Origin: Candidatus Hermodarchaeota archaeon
GTDB lineage: Archaea > Asgardarchaeota > Lokiarchaeia > Sigyniarchaeales > SOKP01
Assembly: GCA_048885535.1 (NCBI GenBank)
Contig: JBHLLO010000023.1
Coordinates: 1 to 41,800, forward strand
Direction: 5' to 3'
DNA length: 41,800 nt
In this document: in pieces, positions 16,684 through 26,910 of the stretch
Layout of the letters: every line of letters begins with the position of its first letter
How positions within the stretch are numbered: the first letter of the stretch is position 1
Position numbers and translations under genes: made by a program
The notes under the pieces: model-generated
What the model saw: only the letters and a program-made list of their open reading frames with translations
Told to the model about the DNA's origin: nothing
The model's database searches: none

Positions 16684-17847
16684 ATGAGTGATGAAGGTAT
16701 ATTCTGTGATTATGGTCTAATCGGTGATAATTTAGAACTTAAAAAAAATATAAAGATAAAGTTTGATGAATCTGGGAACTTAAAAGAGATTTCATATAGC
16801 AATATTGAGGACATATTAGAATTTCCAGATTATAAGTCGAACTTATTGTTAATACCTGGCTTAATTAATTCTCACATTCATATAGGAGATAGTTTTGCAA
16901 AGGAACAAGGGTTTAATAAGCCTTTAAAAGAGGTTGTTGCACCTCCTAATGGTATTAAACATCAAATGTTAAGTAAAGTTTCAAAAGAAGTAATTGTAAA
17001 GGGAATCAAGAAAGCAATAGATGAAATGGTATCAAACGGGATTACATCTTTTATTGACTTTAGGGAAGGTGGAATCCAAGGTCTTAATATATTATCTGAG
17101 ACTCTGACAACTTATTCTGATATCAATTATCTTGCTTTTGGAAGATATGTCGAAGAGGGAGAAATTAAAAAATTATTCGAAGTAGCAGAAGGAATTGGTT
17201 TACCTAGTTATGCTAACATATCTCCTGAACTTAAAGAAAAATTAATGAAATATAAAGGGGAGTTTGAAAAATTAATTGCATGTCATGTAGCTGAACTTAA
17301 AAGAGAGAATGATCTTATCAATCAAATTTTTCAGGATGGGATTATTGATATTTTTATTCATGGAACTCATTTTAGTGAAAGTGACCTAAAATTATTAAAA
17401 GAAAAGGAAAAATCCTTAATACTATGTCCGCGTTGTAATGGTTATTTTGGAGTAGGATTTCCTCCCGTTAACAAAGTATTTGAATTAAAAGTACCTGTGG
17501 CGATTGGAACAGATAATGTAATGGCTAATAGTCCCGATCTATTCGAAGAGTTGCGATATTTATATCGAATCTTGAGAATATTAAACAATAACGCATATAT
17601 ATCTGCATTAGATTTGTTGAAAATGGTTACAATTAATGCAGCAAAAATTTTTAATATTCAAAATCATGTAGGATCCATTATTAAGGGAAAGCGCGCAGAT
17701 TTTTTCATAATTGATTTAAATGATCCAAATTATTATGTATCGAATTTAGATATTGAGAGGTTCTATACTTTGATCCTAGGAAGAACTAAGACATCTAATA
17801 TTAAGAAAACATATATTAGGGGTAAACTTGTACATGAAAAATGTTAA
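16684..17847 (+). CDS. Metal-dependent amidohydrolase / deaminase
   Basis: PGLINSHIHIGD, HVAE, IHGTH, LCPR.N, GTDN and G..ADF. Confidence 0.85.
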   Translation: MSDEGIFCDYGLIGDNLELKKNIKIKFDESGNLKEISYSNIEDILEFPDYKSNLLLIPGLINSHIHIGDSFAKEQGFNKPLKEVVAPPNGIKHQMLSKVSKEVIVKGIKKAIDEMVSNGITSFIDFREGGIQGLNILSETLTTYSDINYLAFGRYVEEGEIKKLFEVAEGIGLPSYANISPELKEKLMKYKGEFEKLIACHVAELKRENDLINQIFQDGIIDIFIHGTHFSESDLKLLKEKEKSLILCPRCNGYFGVGFPPVNKVFELKVPVAIGTDNVMANSPDLFEELRYLYRILRILNNNAYISALDLLKMVTINAAKIFNIQNHVGSIIKGKRADFFIIDLNDPNYYVSNLDIERFYTLILGRTKTSNIKKTYIRGKLVHEKC

Positions 17848-18499
17848 AAAACCTTATATTATGTTAAGTACAGCAATGACGATCGATGGGAAGATTTCCT
17901 CGAAAAACGGGGATTCTGAGATATCGGATGAGGAGGATTGGAAAGAAGTTCATAAAATTAGGACTCAAGTAGATGCAATCATGGTTGGAAAAAACACGAT
18001 ACTTCGAAACAACCCTAAACTTCATATTAAATTCTATCAACATACAGGTTATTATCGTATTGTGATAGATAGTAATTTATCTATACCAATCGATTCACAA
18101 ATAATAAATTTTAAGCCAGAAATGTATCCTACTATAATATGTACTACAGAAAATGTTACCGAGGATAAGATTAACCGCTTTAGGACGAAAAATGTTAAAA
18201 TTATCAAAAGTGGAACAGGAAATCAAGTAGATATTAAATTATTAATGGAAAAATTATATAATTTTGGAATTAGATCAATTCTTTTGGAAGGAGGAGGAAA
18301 TCTAAATTGGAGCTTCCTTAAAGAAGATTTAGTGGATGAGATAAGAATATTTGTAGCGCCGTGGATTGTTGGAGGAAAAAATGCAATCTCATTCGTTGAG
18401 GGTGATGGATTCAATAAAATGATTGAAGCTCCTAGGTTTAGATTAATTAAAGTTAGACAAAGAGAGAATTATGTTATTCTAAAATATAAGAGAAAGTAA
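17834..18499 (+). CDS. 2,5-diamino-6-ribosylamino-4(3H)-pyrimidinone 5'-phosphate reductase (ArfC/Rib7, RibD C-terminal type)
   Basis: AMTIDGKI, VHKIR...DAIMVG..T...NPKL, LLEGGG.LN and VAP.IVGG; ATG at 17834. Confidence 0.88.
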   Translation: MKNVKKPYIMLSTAMTIDGKISSKNGDSEISDEEDWKEVHKIRTQVDAIMVGKNTILRNNPKLHIKFYQHTGYYRIVIDSNLSIPIDSQIINFKPEMYPTIICTTENVTEDKINRFRTKNVKIIKSGTGNQVDIKLLMEKLYNFGIRSILLEGGGNLNWSFLKEDLVDEIRIFVAPWIVGGKNAISFVEGDGFNKMIEAPRFRLIKVRQRENYVILKYKRK

Positions 18500-18500
18500 A

Positions 18501-19622
18501 ATGAGTGAAGATACAAATATCTATGAAAATTTGTCTATTCAGAAGATTAAAGAATCGGTAAAAGAGATTAAATCATCTTTACCTAAGGAGAATCGAAATA
18601 TTATTACTTTCTCAAGAAATTTCACTTTATCTTTATCTAACTATTGCCAAAATCAATGCAAATATTGTTTTTATAACTATAAGGTAGCTAAATTAAATGG
18701 TTTAAGTAACACTACCCTTCTGGAAAATGAGCAGATGATTAGCTTGGTTCAGAAAGCAGTCGAATTAAACTGCCGGGAAGCATTATTAATGTCTGGAGAA
18801 AGACCAGATAGCTTCAATGAGGTTATTGAAGAATTGAGAAATAGAAAGTATGACGATTATATACAATTCGTTATAGATATTTGCTCATATCTTCTAAATT
18901 ATAATTTGTTGCCTCACACTAATATAGGGGTACTTACATTTGGCGAATTGCAGAGATTGAAGAATTCAAATGCTAGTATGGGTCTGATGCTTGAAAGTAG
19001 TAATAAAGAACTTTTTAAGAAGGGGGCTGTCCATGAAATATCACCTGGGAAGTTACCAGAGAAAAGAATTGAACATATAAAGAATGCTGGTAAGTTGAAA
19101 ATTCCTTTTACTACTGGTTTATTGTTGGGTATTGGTGAAAGCTTCAAAGACAGAATTAATGACTTACTCTTAATAAAAAATTTACATGATAAATATGGAC
19201 ATATTCAAGAAGTTATAATACAGAATTTTGTGGAAAAAGAGGGGATTCAATATCATCCAAAGAAACCGATATCCATTAAAGAGACTTTAAAAACAGCTGG
19301 TATAGCAAAATTAATATTTGGAAATGAAATTGCGATACAAATTCCACCTAATTTAATTCAAGGGTATGAAAAAAATGCAATTGAACTGGGAATCGATGAT
19401 TTTGGAGGGATATCTCCATTTACAATTGATTATATTAATCCAGATCACCCATGGCCCCAAATTGATAAATTGAAAGCAATTTGTAACTCTTTTGGATACG
19501 AATTAAAAGAAAGGCTTCCTATTTATTCGAAATATATACAAAAATCTGAATTCTGCCCAGTAAGTATTAAAAAAATTATAGATAATATAAAGTTAGATGT
19601 TGCAAATTTACAATCAAATTAA
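18501..19622 (+). CDS. cofG: FO synthase subunit CofG (radical SAM)
   Basis: TFSRN, CQNQCKYC, EAL.MSGE, LPHTN.G, SMGLMLE, IPFTTGLL.GIGE, HIQEVIIQNF, QIPPNL and DFGGISP.T.D.INP..PWP. Confidence 0.93.
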   Translation: MSEDTNIYENLSIQKIKESVKEIKSSLPKENRNIITFSRNFTLSLSNYCQNQCKYCFYNYKVAKLNGLSNTTLLENEQMISLVQKAVELNCREALLMSGERPDSFNEVIEELRNRKYDDYIQFVIDICSYLLNYNLLPHTNIGVLTFGELQRLKNSNASMGLMLESSNKELFKKGAVHEISPGKLPEKRIEHIKNAGKLKIPFTTGLLLGIGESFKDRINDLLLIKNLHDKYGHIQEVIIQNFVEKEGIQYHPKKPISIKETLKTAGIAKLIFGNEIAIQIPPNLIQGYEKNAIELGIDDFGGISPFTIDYINPDHPWPQIDKLKAICNSFGYELKERLPIYSKYIQKSEFCPVSIKKIIDNIKLDVANLQSN

Positions 19623-20721
19623 ACCTAATATCAAATCGATATTAGAGAAAGGTCTTAATTCTGAGAGGATCTCATCACAAGAAGCTTTAGAACTTCTAAA
19701 GGTGACTGGAAAAGAGTTCATTGCACTTCAACATACGGCAGACACAATTTGTTTTCAGAAAAAGCAAAATGTTGTCACATTTGTAGTAAATCGAAACATA
19801 AATTTTACAAATATTTGTTATCAAGGATGTAAATTTTGCACATTTAGCGTTCCTATCACAAGTGAAAAAGGGTTTTTGCTAAATATTGAGGAAATAGAAG
19901 AAAAAGTTAAAGAAGCAAATAGCAATAATTGTTCTGAAGTTTGTATTCAAGGAGGTCTACATCCAAAATTACAATTCGAATATTATTTAGAAATATTAAA
20001 AGCTGTAAAAAAAATAAATCCAAAAATCCATATACATGCATTCTCCCCTCAAGAAATATATTATATGTCAAAAATATCTGGTAGTTCGATTGAAGATACT
20101 TTAAAAACATTACAAGAAAATGGATTAGATTCTATTCCTGGTACTGCAGCCGAGATTTTGGTTGACAGAATAAGAAATATCATATGTCCAAACAAGTTAA
20201 GTACTTCTAAATGGATTGAAATTATATCAACAGCACATAAATTAGGAATCCCAACAACTTCGACTATAATGTATGGACACATTGAAGATTTAGATGATAG
20301 GATCACCCATTTAGAGATTTTAAGAGATATTCAACAAAAAACTCAAGGTTTTACTGAATTTGTTCCTCTACCTTTTGTAAAAGAAAACCCTCTGTTGTCA
20401 CGACTCAGAGATTTTCCATTAAAACCAAGCTATGGAATGGCAGATTTGAAATTATTTTGTGTGGCAAGGATATATTTTAATAATTATATTGATAATATCC
20501 AATGTTCATGGGTAAAATTAGGACCAAAATTTGCACAAGTGTCTCTTAATTATGGTGTAAATGATTTTTCAGGAACTTTAATGGAAGAGAACATATCTAA
20601 GAGTGCTGGTGCTGAATTTGGAGAATATTTATCTCCTGAAGAAATCATTAAAATTATTAAAAATGCTGGTAAAATACCTGCTCAAAGAGATACATTATAT
20701 AACATTGTGAATTATTTCTAA
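19597..20721 (+). CDS. cofH: FO synthase subunit CofH (radical SAM)
   Basis: VTFVVNRNINFTNICYQGCKFC, EVCIQGG, HAFSPQE, PGTAAEIL, TIMYGH, FTEFVPLPF, NIQ.SWVKLG and GTLMEENI; follows cofG. Confidence 0.93.
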   Translation: MLQIYNQIKPNIKSILEKGLNSERISSQEALELLKVTGKEFIALQHTADTICFQKKQNVVTFVVNRNINFTNICYQGCKFCTFSVPITSEKGFLLNIEEIEEKVKEANSNNCSEVCIQGGLHPKLQFEYYLEILKAVKKINPKIHIHAFSPQEIYYMSKISGSSIEDTLKTLQENGLDSIPGTAAEILVDRIRNIICPNKLSTSKWIEIISTAHKLGIPTTSTIMYGHIEDLDDRITHLEILRDIQQKTQGFTEFVPLPFVKENPLLSRLRDFPLKPSYGMADLKLFCVARIYFNNYIDNIQCSWVKLGPKFAQVSLNYGVNDFSGTLMEENISKSAGAEFGEYLSPEEIIKIIKNAGKIPAQRDTLYNIVNYF

Positions 20722-22580
20722 ATTTCATGATCTTGTAGATAATTTAAGATATAACGCTGTGCTATTAAATCTGAACTTACTTTTCCCAAAACTTCTCCAT
20801 CCTTAACAACTGGCATTGCAGATATTTGATATTGTTCTAGTTCTCGAATAATATCTAAAATTGTGAATTCAGGCATGGCAGTAATAACTTCTTTGGTCAT
20901 AATCTGTTCAAGTGATATATCTGTTTTTCCCTCAGCTGTAGATTTCGTTATATCCCAATCAGTAACCACTCCAACAAGTTTACCTTTAGAGAGGACAGCT
21001 ATAATTCCGCTATTTTTTTCTATCATTAATACTGCTGCTTCTTGAATACTGCAATTAACATCTATAGTAGGTATTGGAATCATAATATCTTTTGCTTTTT
21101 GCTCCCTTTCTTTTGCTGTTAATCTTTGAAGGCTAATTCGCTCTGCAGCAGCACAAGGAAGCATATCTGGATTATTTGCCAATAAATCGATTAATTCAAT
21201 CATATTATGACTAATTACATCCTTTCTATAATCCTCACCAGCAACTAACCGTTTCTTAGATAGCTCTGCAAATTCTTTAGCATGATCTGATAACCATTGG
21301 TTAACTTCTGTACGATTTCCAAGAAATTTTTCAGGTATTTGAAGGTGATCAGGAGTTTTGATTAAATGTTCTTGAGCAGCAAAGATTACTCCACCAGAAT
21401 TTACTAAATAATCATTTGCAATCATAACTCCTTTTTCTCGATATACAATTTGTTCCATACGTATCCTAGCAGCTTTTCTATTTGGATCAGGAGAATATGT
21501 ATTTGCGCCTTCAACTATCACTGCCCAATTACCCATTCTTTCTACTAACATTGAAGGATTCTCTGATTGCCATACACCCAGATAATTGAATATAGGGGCT
21601 GCAGGTATCAAGCAAAAGGCATTTTCAAGTAATAAATTATTTGAATTTGTAGAGAATTTTATTGGATGTTTATAACCTTCTGGATAAATTTTATTTTGAT
21701 AGTAAGTATTAGTAACCAACCCATTTTCCTTCCATAAGTTAAATAATTCATTGACTGGCAAACCTGATTGATTATATAAGTATCCTTCTAAATCACTGAT
21801 TCCAATTATTTTGACTAATGGAATTCTCTCTTTTAATATGCGAGAAGCATGAGCACCTACGGCTCCAAAACCTTGAATCAAAACAGTCAAATTTTCTAAC
21901 TTTGGAATATCTAAGTTTACAAATTGAGGAAGAACACGTAGTCGAGGCATTATTTCTAGCAAAGTTTGTAATGCGGTCACAACTCCTCCAGCAGCTGCTC
22001 CTAGTTCATCTATACGGTTTCCGCCCATATCTGCTGGTTTTGATACTGCGCTGTCTAAACCATTTTCTATAGCAATTGTTTTCATATCAGAATCATTAGT
22101 ACCTACATCTGGTCCAGGAACATATATTTCTTTATAACGATGAATTAAATGAGCAAATCCTTTAATTATTTCTTCATGTATTTCCTGTGATAACGCTCTC
22201 TCAGCTACTATACCAGATTTACCACCCCCATACGGAAGATTAGCTGCTGCATTTTTAAGCGTCATCCCACGTGCTAAGTTATAAATATCTGAGGGCGTTA
22301 TATCTGGAAGCATTCTTATTCCTCCCATTGAAGGCGTTCCCATAGAAAGAGAATCAACTACTAAATACCCACCAATTTCTAATGAAGAGTTTTCATCCCA
22401 CATACAACTAACAAGCTTTGGACCAACTTTATCAGCAATGATTCCTAAACGTGAAAGAAGGTGTACATCTACACTACTAAATTCTAAATAACATCTTCCA
22501 TTCTCCTTTTTAAGACGAGTTTTAAGTGTTACTTCTGGAAGTCTTTCTTTTAGGAAAACGGCCATTCCTTTTGGAATCAT
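20718..22580 (-). CDS. Glu/Leu/Phe/Val dehydrogenase fused to a C-terminal CBS pair
   Basis: GGIRM, MTLKNA, GGGKSG, GPDVGT, QGFGAVG, EGAN and NSGGV; the last ~125 aa are two CBS motifs (GVVTDWDI, AMPVV). Confidence 0.88.
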   Translation of the reverse strand: MIPKGMAVFLKERLPEVTLKTRLKKENGRCYLEFSSVDVHLLSRLGIIADKVGPKLVSCMWDENSSLEIGGYLVVDSLSMGTPSMGGIRMLPDITPSDIYNLARGMTLKNAAANLPYGGGKSGIVAERALSQEIHEEIIKGFAHLIHRYKEIYVPGPDVGTNDSDMKTIAIENGLDSAVSKPADMGGNRIDELGAAAGGVVTALQTLLEIMPRLRVLPQFVNLDIPKLENLTVLIQGFGAVGAHASRILKERIPLVKIIGISDLEGYLYNQSGLPVNELFNLWKENGLVTNTYYQNKIYPEGYKHPIKFSTNSNNLLLENAFCLIPAAPIFNYLGVWQSENPSMLVERMGNWAVIVEGANTYSPDPNRKAARIRMEQIVYREKGVMIANDYLVNSGGVIFAAQEHLIKTPDHLQIPEKFLGNRTEVNQWLSDHAKEFAELSKKRLVAGEDYRKDVISHNMIELIDLLANNPDMLPCAAAERISLQRLTAKEREQKAKDIMIPIPTIDVNCSIQEAAVLMIEKNSGIIAVLSKGKLVGVVTDWDITKSTAEGKTDISLEQIMTKEVITAMPEFTILDIIRELEQYQISAMPVVKDGEVLGKVSSDLIAQRYILNYLQDHEI

Positions 22581-22740
22581 TTTTAAATCAATTTATAATA
22601 TAGAAAATTAATCTTTAGTTATGTTTACTATTATGAGTCTTTCTAATTTAAAAGTGTTTGGTTAAATTTTAGAATCTTAAATAAAACTAAATATGAATTA
22701 ATTAAAAGTTAGGTATGGAATAATGAAATAAAATATTAAT

Positions 22741-24315
22741 TTATTCATCTTGGATATAAGCCTTTCCAAAATGTAAACATGTTTCGGCTTTATGTAATTC
22801 TCTTCCAAGATAATTTAAGTGAAAAATGTTTTCAGTTAATTGAGATTGAATTATTTTTTTGCTAAGAGTCTCTGCGTTTTCCCCAATGAACGTATAAAGC
22901 AATTGATGTTGGTTTGAATAAAATATTACATATATTTTTTTAGAGTAATGATTTATATAGATTCTAAAGTATCCTTTTTCGTCAGGAATATAAGCTTGGT
23001 TTAATCCTTTTACTATTATTGCATCTTTTCTATCAATTAGTGGATTTTTTTGAGATTTTTTCTTTTTGGCTTTAAAGATTTCTATTCCTAAGTTTATTGG
23101 TGGAGTCCTTTTGCTTTTTGCTAGATAATTTAACTTAATACTCTCTTTTAATTCTTTTACTCCTCCGATCAATTTAGTGCTATGTTCAACGGTAAAAACA
23201 ATTCCAATGTCTAATTCAGTAGCAATGCTAGCTAAGAGTCCATTGATTCCCACAGAGTCAATATCCATCAACTCTACAACATTAGAAATCCCAAAGAACA
23301 TTGGTAATTCAAATTTTAAATTATTTTCTTCAGCTACTTCTTTTTTATATAGAAAATAAGTTTCTAGTGAAGGACAAATTCCAGGTGAAATAGGCGTTTC
23401 TAGTAGAGGGTCAGCAATTATTTTACTAAACCCATAGCTCTTAAGTTGATCTGTTAATTCAAATAATTTTTTCACCCTTATTTCTGGTTTTTTTGGAAAA
23501 TATGCTGCCTTAACATTCGTGGGTAAAATCACTACAGGGAGATCTTTGGGCAAATCTAAACATTCATTATAATTTCCAAAATCAAGACTAAGGATCATAT
23601 CGACTCCTTCATCTACTGCGGCAAAAATCTCCTCCTTTAACATTGAATCAATACTTATTAGAGTATCAAAATTCTTTCTGATGAGTTTGATTATTTGCTT
23701 TATTCTCTCTGGATTTGGTTTATTTGAAACACATCCTATATCGATTATATCAGCACCAGATTCAATATAATGTTTTACTTTCTTTAGTATGTTTTGATCA
23801 TCTTTCTCAGTGCAATTTACGATTTCTGCAATTATGGGAGGGGGTAAATTACGTCCTACAATTATATCTGATCTTTGTTCATTGATATAGAAAGTATGAT
23901 GAGAGATGTTATTTCTAGCAGTGTCATATTGTGCTTTTATATGTTCTTGATAGTCTTTCTCACCAGAAATCTTTATAAGTTTATTAGCGGGAATTTTATT
24001 TGATAGATTTATATCTTCTAAATTTTGTAGTATTAAGGGTAAATCGGAAGCGAATTCTGGACCTTTCCGTACTTTGACAAGATACTTTCTTTCTAAAGTA
24101 GTAGTGTCCCATTGAATAAATCCAGGAAGTAAAACTAAATCAAAATCTAATACATGGATGCTATTAAGTATTTTATCAACAATCTCTTCAGATAAAAACG
24201 CTGAGACCGTAATATGAGCCTTATAAACTTCAATTATATAATTAGTAATAGATTGAGCGATTTCTTTTATTATTGGAAAGCTATTTAAACCGGTTATAAT
24301 AAGTATTTTATGAAT
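22741..24315 (-). CDS. Dihydropteroate-synthase-like protein (archaeal TIGR00284-like, pterin-binding plus DUF4346-like tail), probable ATT start
   Basis: The ORF track shows only the last 300 aa. I translated the frame further: it is open for 224 more codons (HKILIITG, LLPG, KGP, IIAEI, GADIIDIG, ISIDS) with no ATG/GTG/TTG, back to ATT at 24315 directly after a TAA. The C-terminus has D.KGYF and YLGREL.KAE. Confidence 0.85.
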   Translation of the reverse strand: MHKILIITGLNSFPIIKEIAQSITNYIIEVYKAHITVSAFLSEEIVDKILNSIHVLDFDLVLLPGFIQWDTTTLERKYLVKVRKGPEFASDLPLILQNLEDINLSNKIPANKLIKISGEKDYQEHIKAQYDTARNNISHHTFYINEQRSDIIVGRNLPPPIIAEIVNCTEKDDQNILKKVKHYIESGADIIDIGCVSNKPNPERIKQIIKLIRKNFDTLISIDSMLKEEIFAAVDEGVDMILSLDFGNYNECLDLPKDLPVVILPTNVKAAYFPKKPEIRVKKLFELTDQLKSYGFSKIIADPLLETPISPGICPSLETYFLYKKEVAEENNLKFELPMFFGISNVVELMDIDSVGINGLLASIATELDIGIVFTVEHSTKLIGGVKELKESIKLNYLAKSKRTPPINLGIEIFKAKKKKSQKNPLIDRKDAIIVKGLNQAYIPDEKGYFRIYINHYSKKIYVIFYSNQHQLLYTFIGENAETLSKKIIQSQLTENIFHLNYLGRELHKAETCLHFGKAYIQDE

Positions 24316-25402
24316 TTAAATCACTGAATAACTTTTTTTTTTCAAATGGAATATATATATCATCTAATATTGACCCTGTTGCTTCCTTTATTTTTAAATT
24401 ATCTATTATAGGTTTAAATCTTCCTCCCAATAATCCATTTGCAATGAAAGCTGCGCCTTGTGCAGCATGTTTAGATAAATGACTGTAAGATTTCATTAAT
24501 TTTACTGGAGCAAGATCATTAAGATTTGTTATAAAATTATCTTTTAGATGTTTTAAATCAGATTGGCGCCCAGCTAAAAGAACTTCTTTTATCTTTTCCT
24601 TTCTAGAGAAAGATGAAGATATAGCGTACACAGCCTTCTTTACACTAGAGATATAAGCATTAAGGGCAATATTTGTTTGTTCATCTCTCTCTGCTAGTAA
24701 AGAGATTTCCTTTAAGCTTAAGTCTTTATACCCTGCAATGGAGGATACACCTCCCTTATAAATATTTTTTTTCTTAATTGTTTTAATTAAATAAGCTAAT
24801 TCTCCATCAAGGCTTCCACATGCTCTGAATCCCATAATATTAGAACCACCAATACCATCAATTATTTTCCCATCTTCAATTGCTAATACGGCAGTAAACC
24901 CATAACCTATCTCAACCATAATAAAATTTGTATTTTCAGGTGGGACACCAAATCTTTCCATTTGATCTCTAATTCCTGTAACTGTGGTACATAATTTATC
25001 TGCGGTTCCCATATCTATTTTATTAATTTTCCTAAATCGCGGAATAGTTGGCAAATGCTTAACTCCTGGTACAATTACTCCAGGAATTTTTTCAGCCTTG
25101 ATTAAGCGTAAAACTTCCCCTAATCCTATCAATTTATTTTTTTCTTCTCTGTCGAATTTTAATAGCGTAAAAAAGATATCCTTTTCAGTCAAATCAGATA
25201 CCTTCTTTAGTGGAAGTCCAAAACCACTCGGTGCTACCATTAAATCTATGTTTTCTACAGATTTTATGATTGAAATTACTTTTTGAGGATTTTTAATCAA
25301 CTCTTTTGTAGGAATTGATGAATCTAATATAATGTCATCTCCCTCTAAACCAAAGAAATCCCAACTAGCAGTCCCGGGATCGATTCCGATTACTCTATAC
25401 AA
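24308..25402 (-). CDS. DUF1464 family protein (ASKHA-fold, butyrate-kinase-like)
   Basis: VIGIDPGT.S.D, APSGFG.P, PGV.HLPT.P..RK.N.IDMGTADK, G.IIDG.GG, G.LDGE.AY and AA.GAA.IA.GL.GG. Confidence 0.82.
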   Translation of the reverse strand: MYRVIGIDPGTASWDFFGLEGDDIILDSSIPTKELIKNPQKVISIIKSVENIDLMVAPSGFGLPLKKVSDLTEKDIFFTLLKFDREEKNKLIGLGEVLRLIKAEKIPGVIVPGVKHLPTIPRFRKINKIDMGTADKLCTTVTGIRDQMERFGVPPENTNFIMVEIGYGFTAVLAIEDGKIIDGIGGSNIMGFRACGSLDGELAYLIKTIKKKNIYKGGVSSIAGYKDLSLKEISLLAERDEQTNIALNAYISSVKKAVYAISSSFSRKEKIKEVLLAGRQSDLKHLKDNFITNLNDLAPVKLMKSYSHLSKHAAQGAAFIANGLLGGRFKPIIDNLKIKEATGSILDDIYIPFEKKKLFSDLNS

Positions 25403-25595
25403 TGAAAATCAGATATTTTTGAAATTGACTATATATGAAAGTACAATAATTCTTTTTATATTTACTAGTTTCAATCTATGAATTATTAGTTTTAAGTCAA
25501 TGTTTTAAATTATATGAAAGGACTAATTCTTAAAATTTAATTCAAATAATATTCTAATAATTATTAATTAAAAAGATTTAATATAAATAAACAAG

Positions 25596-26138
25596 GTGGA
25601 AGAAATTACTCCAGTGGACGTTTTTGTTTGTAAAATCTGTGGGGAAGCTTATATAGGCAAGGAAGCTCCAAGTCGTTGCCCTTTCTGCGGTGCATACAAA
25701 AAGTATATAGTTAAAGCAAAAAATTATGATGATAAAAATGATTGGAATGTAGAATTAAATGAAAAAGATCGCGTTAATGCAGAAAAAGCCTTAGAAGTTG
25801 AAGTTTCTAATACTATTTTTTATAAATGCGCAAGTAAAAAAGCAAATAATCTTGAAGCTCAAAAATTGTTTAAAATCTTATCAAAAGTAGAAAACGAACA
25901 CGCCTCTGTATGGAAGAAAATATTAAAGCTAGACAAGGTTGAATTTCCTGAATATATCGATTGTGCGTCTGACTATATACCAAACCTTGAAGAATCACAC
26001 TCCCGAGAAGAGCGCGCCATAAAGTTTTACAGTCAAGCTGCAGCAGAATGTTCAAATCCCCGTGTAAAGGAAATTTTTCAGGCTTTTGTTGAGGTAGAAA
26101 CAGACCATCTTAAATTATCCGAACAAAGGCTTAAATAA
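25596..26138 (+). CDS. Rubrerythrin-like protein (N-terminal rubredoxin-type site plus ferritin-like domain)
   Basis: CKICG...CPFCGA followed by E..N..FY, ENEH, EERAIKFY and ETDH. Confidence 0.87.
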   Translation: MEEITPVDVFVCKICGEAYIGKEAPSRCPFCGAYKKYIVKAKNYDDKNDWNVELNEKDRVNAEKALEVEVSNTIFYKCASKKANNLEAQKLFKILSKVENEHASVWKKILKLDKVEFPEYIDCASDYIPNLEESHSREERAIKFYSQAAAECSNPRVKEIFQAFVEVETDHLKLSEQRLK

Positions 26139-26190
26139 TTCTTTATTTTTCATATTTTTTTTAATAAATCAAATATAATTCTGAAATCTT

Positions 26191-26910
26191 ATGGTAAATA
26201 CATTTAAAGAAATTGGACTTAAAGAAGGATGTTTATATGAGATATTAGCTACTACATTTTCTATAAAAAGTAAGGAATTAATACCAAATGCGTCTTGTAT
26301 GGGCATTAGGTTGCAGGATCAAGAAACAATTGTCATCAACCCATATCAAAATACACTAACTTATAAGAACTTGAAAGAAAATTGTCTTATTTGCATTAAT
26401 TTCTTAGAAAATATCTATTTATATGCATTAGCAGCATTGAAGGGACCTTATCTATCTGAGAGTCTTAGAGAATTTCCTATAGAATATTATAATTACTATG
26501 GTTTAAAAAGAAATGTTAAAATAAAAGAAAACAAAATCAAATTGCCATTTGTCAGAGATGCATGGGCAATACTAATCTGTGAGTCAATTAATGAATCGAC
26601 TTTTATTAAAAAAGATGATTTTGGAGAGGTTAATTTACCTATATTCACCCTGAAAGCACTTGAAATATTAAAATTTAAAAACTCACATAAATTCTTTAAT
26701 AGAGCTGAGAATTTGACTCTAGAAACTATAATTTTAACAACAAAATTGAAAGTTGCTTACGAAATAAAAAGAATTGATTTAATAAAGAGTTACCAGAATA
26801 AGATTGAAGATACTATACAAGATATAAGAAGATTTGGTAGAAACCCAGAAGTTATTAAAAGTTTAGAGTTAGTAGAGGAATATATTCAGAATTTAAAAAG
26901 AATAATTTAA
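26191..26910 (+). CDS. DUF447 family protein (flavin-reductase-like split barrel)
   Basis: E.LATT, PN...MG, T.TY.NL and NRA...LE.II..T; lies among pterin-pathway genes. Confidence 0.7.
   Translation: MVNTFKEIGLKEGCLYEILATTFSIKSKELIPNASCMGIRLQDQETIVINPYQNTLTYKNLKENCLICINFLENIYLYALAALKGPYLSESLREFPIEYYNYYGLKRNVKIKENKIKLPFVRDAWAILICESINESTFIKKDDFGEVNLPIFTLKALEILKFKNSHKFFNRAENLTLETIILTTKLKVAYEIKRIDLIKSYQNKIEDTIQDIRRFGRNPEVIKSLELVEEYIQNLKRII

Noticed and set aside
23644-24307. Apparent 660-bp non-coding gap or frameshifted pseudogene
   Set aside because: It is an uninterrupted in-frame extension of the DHPS-like gene.
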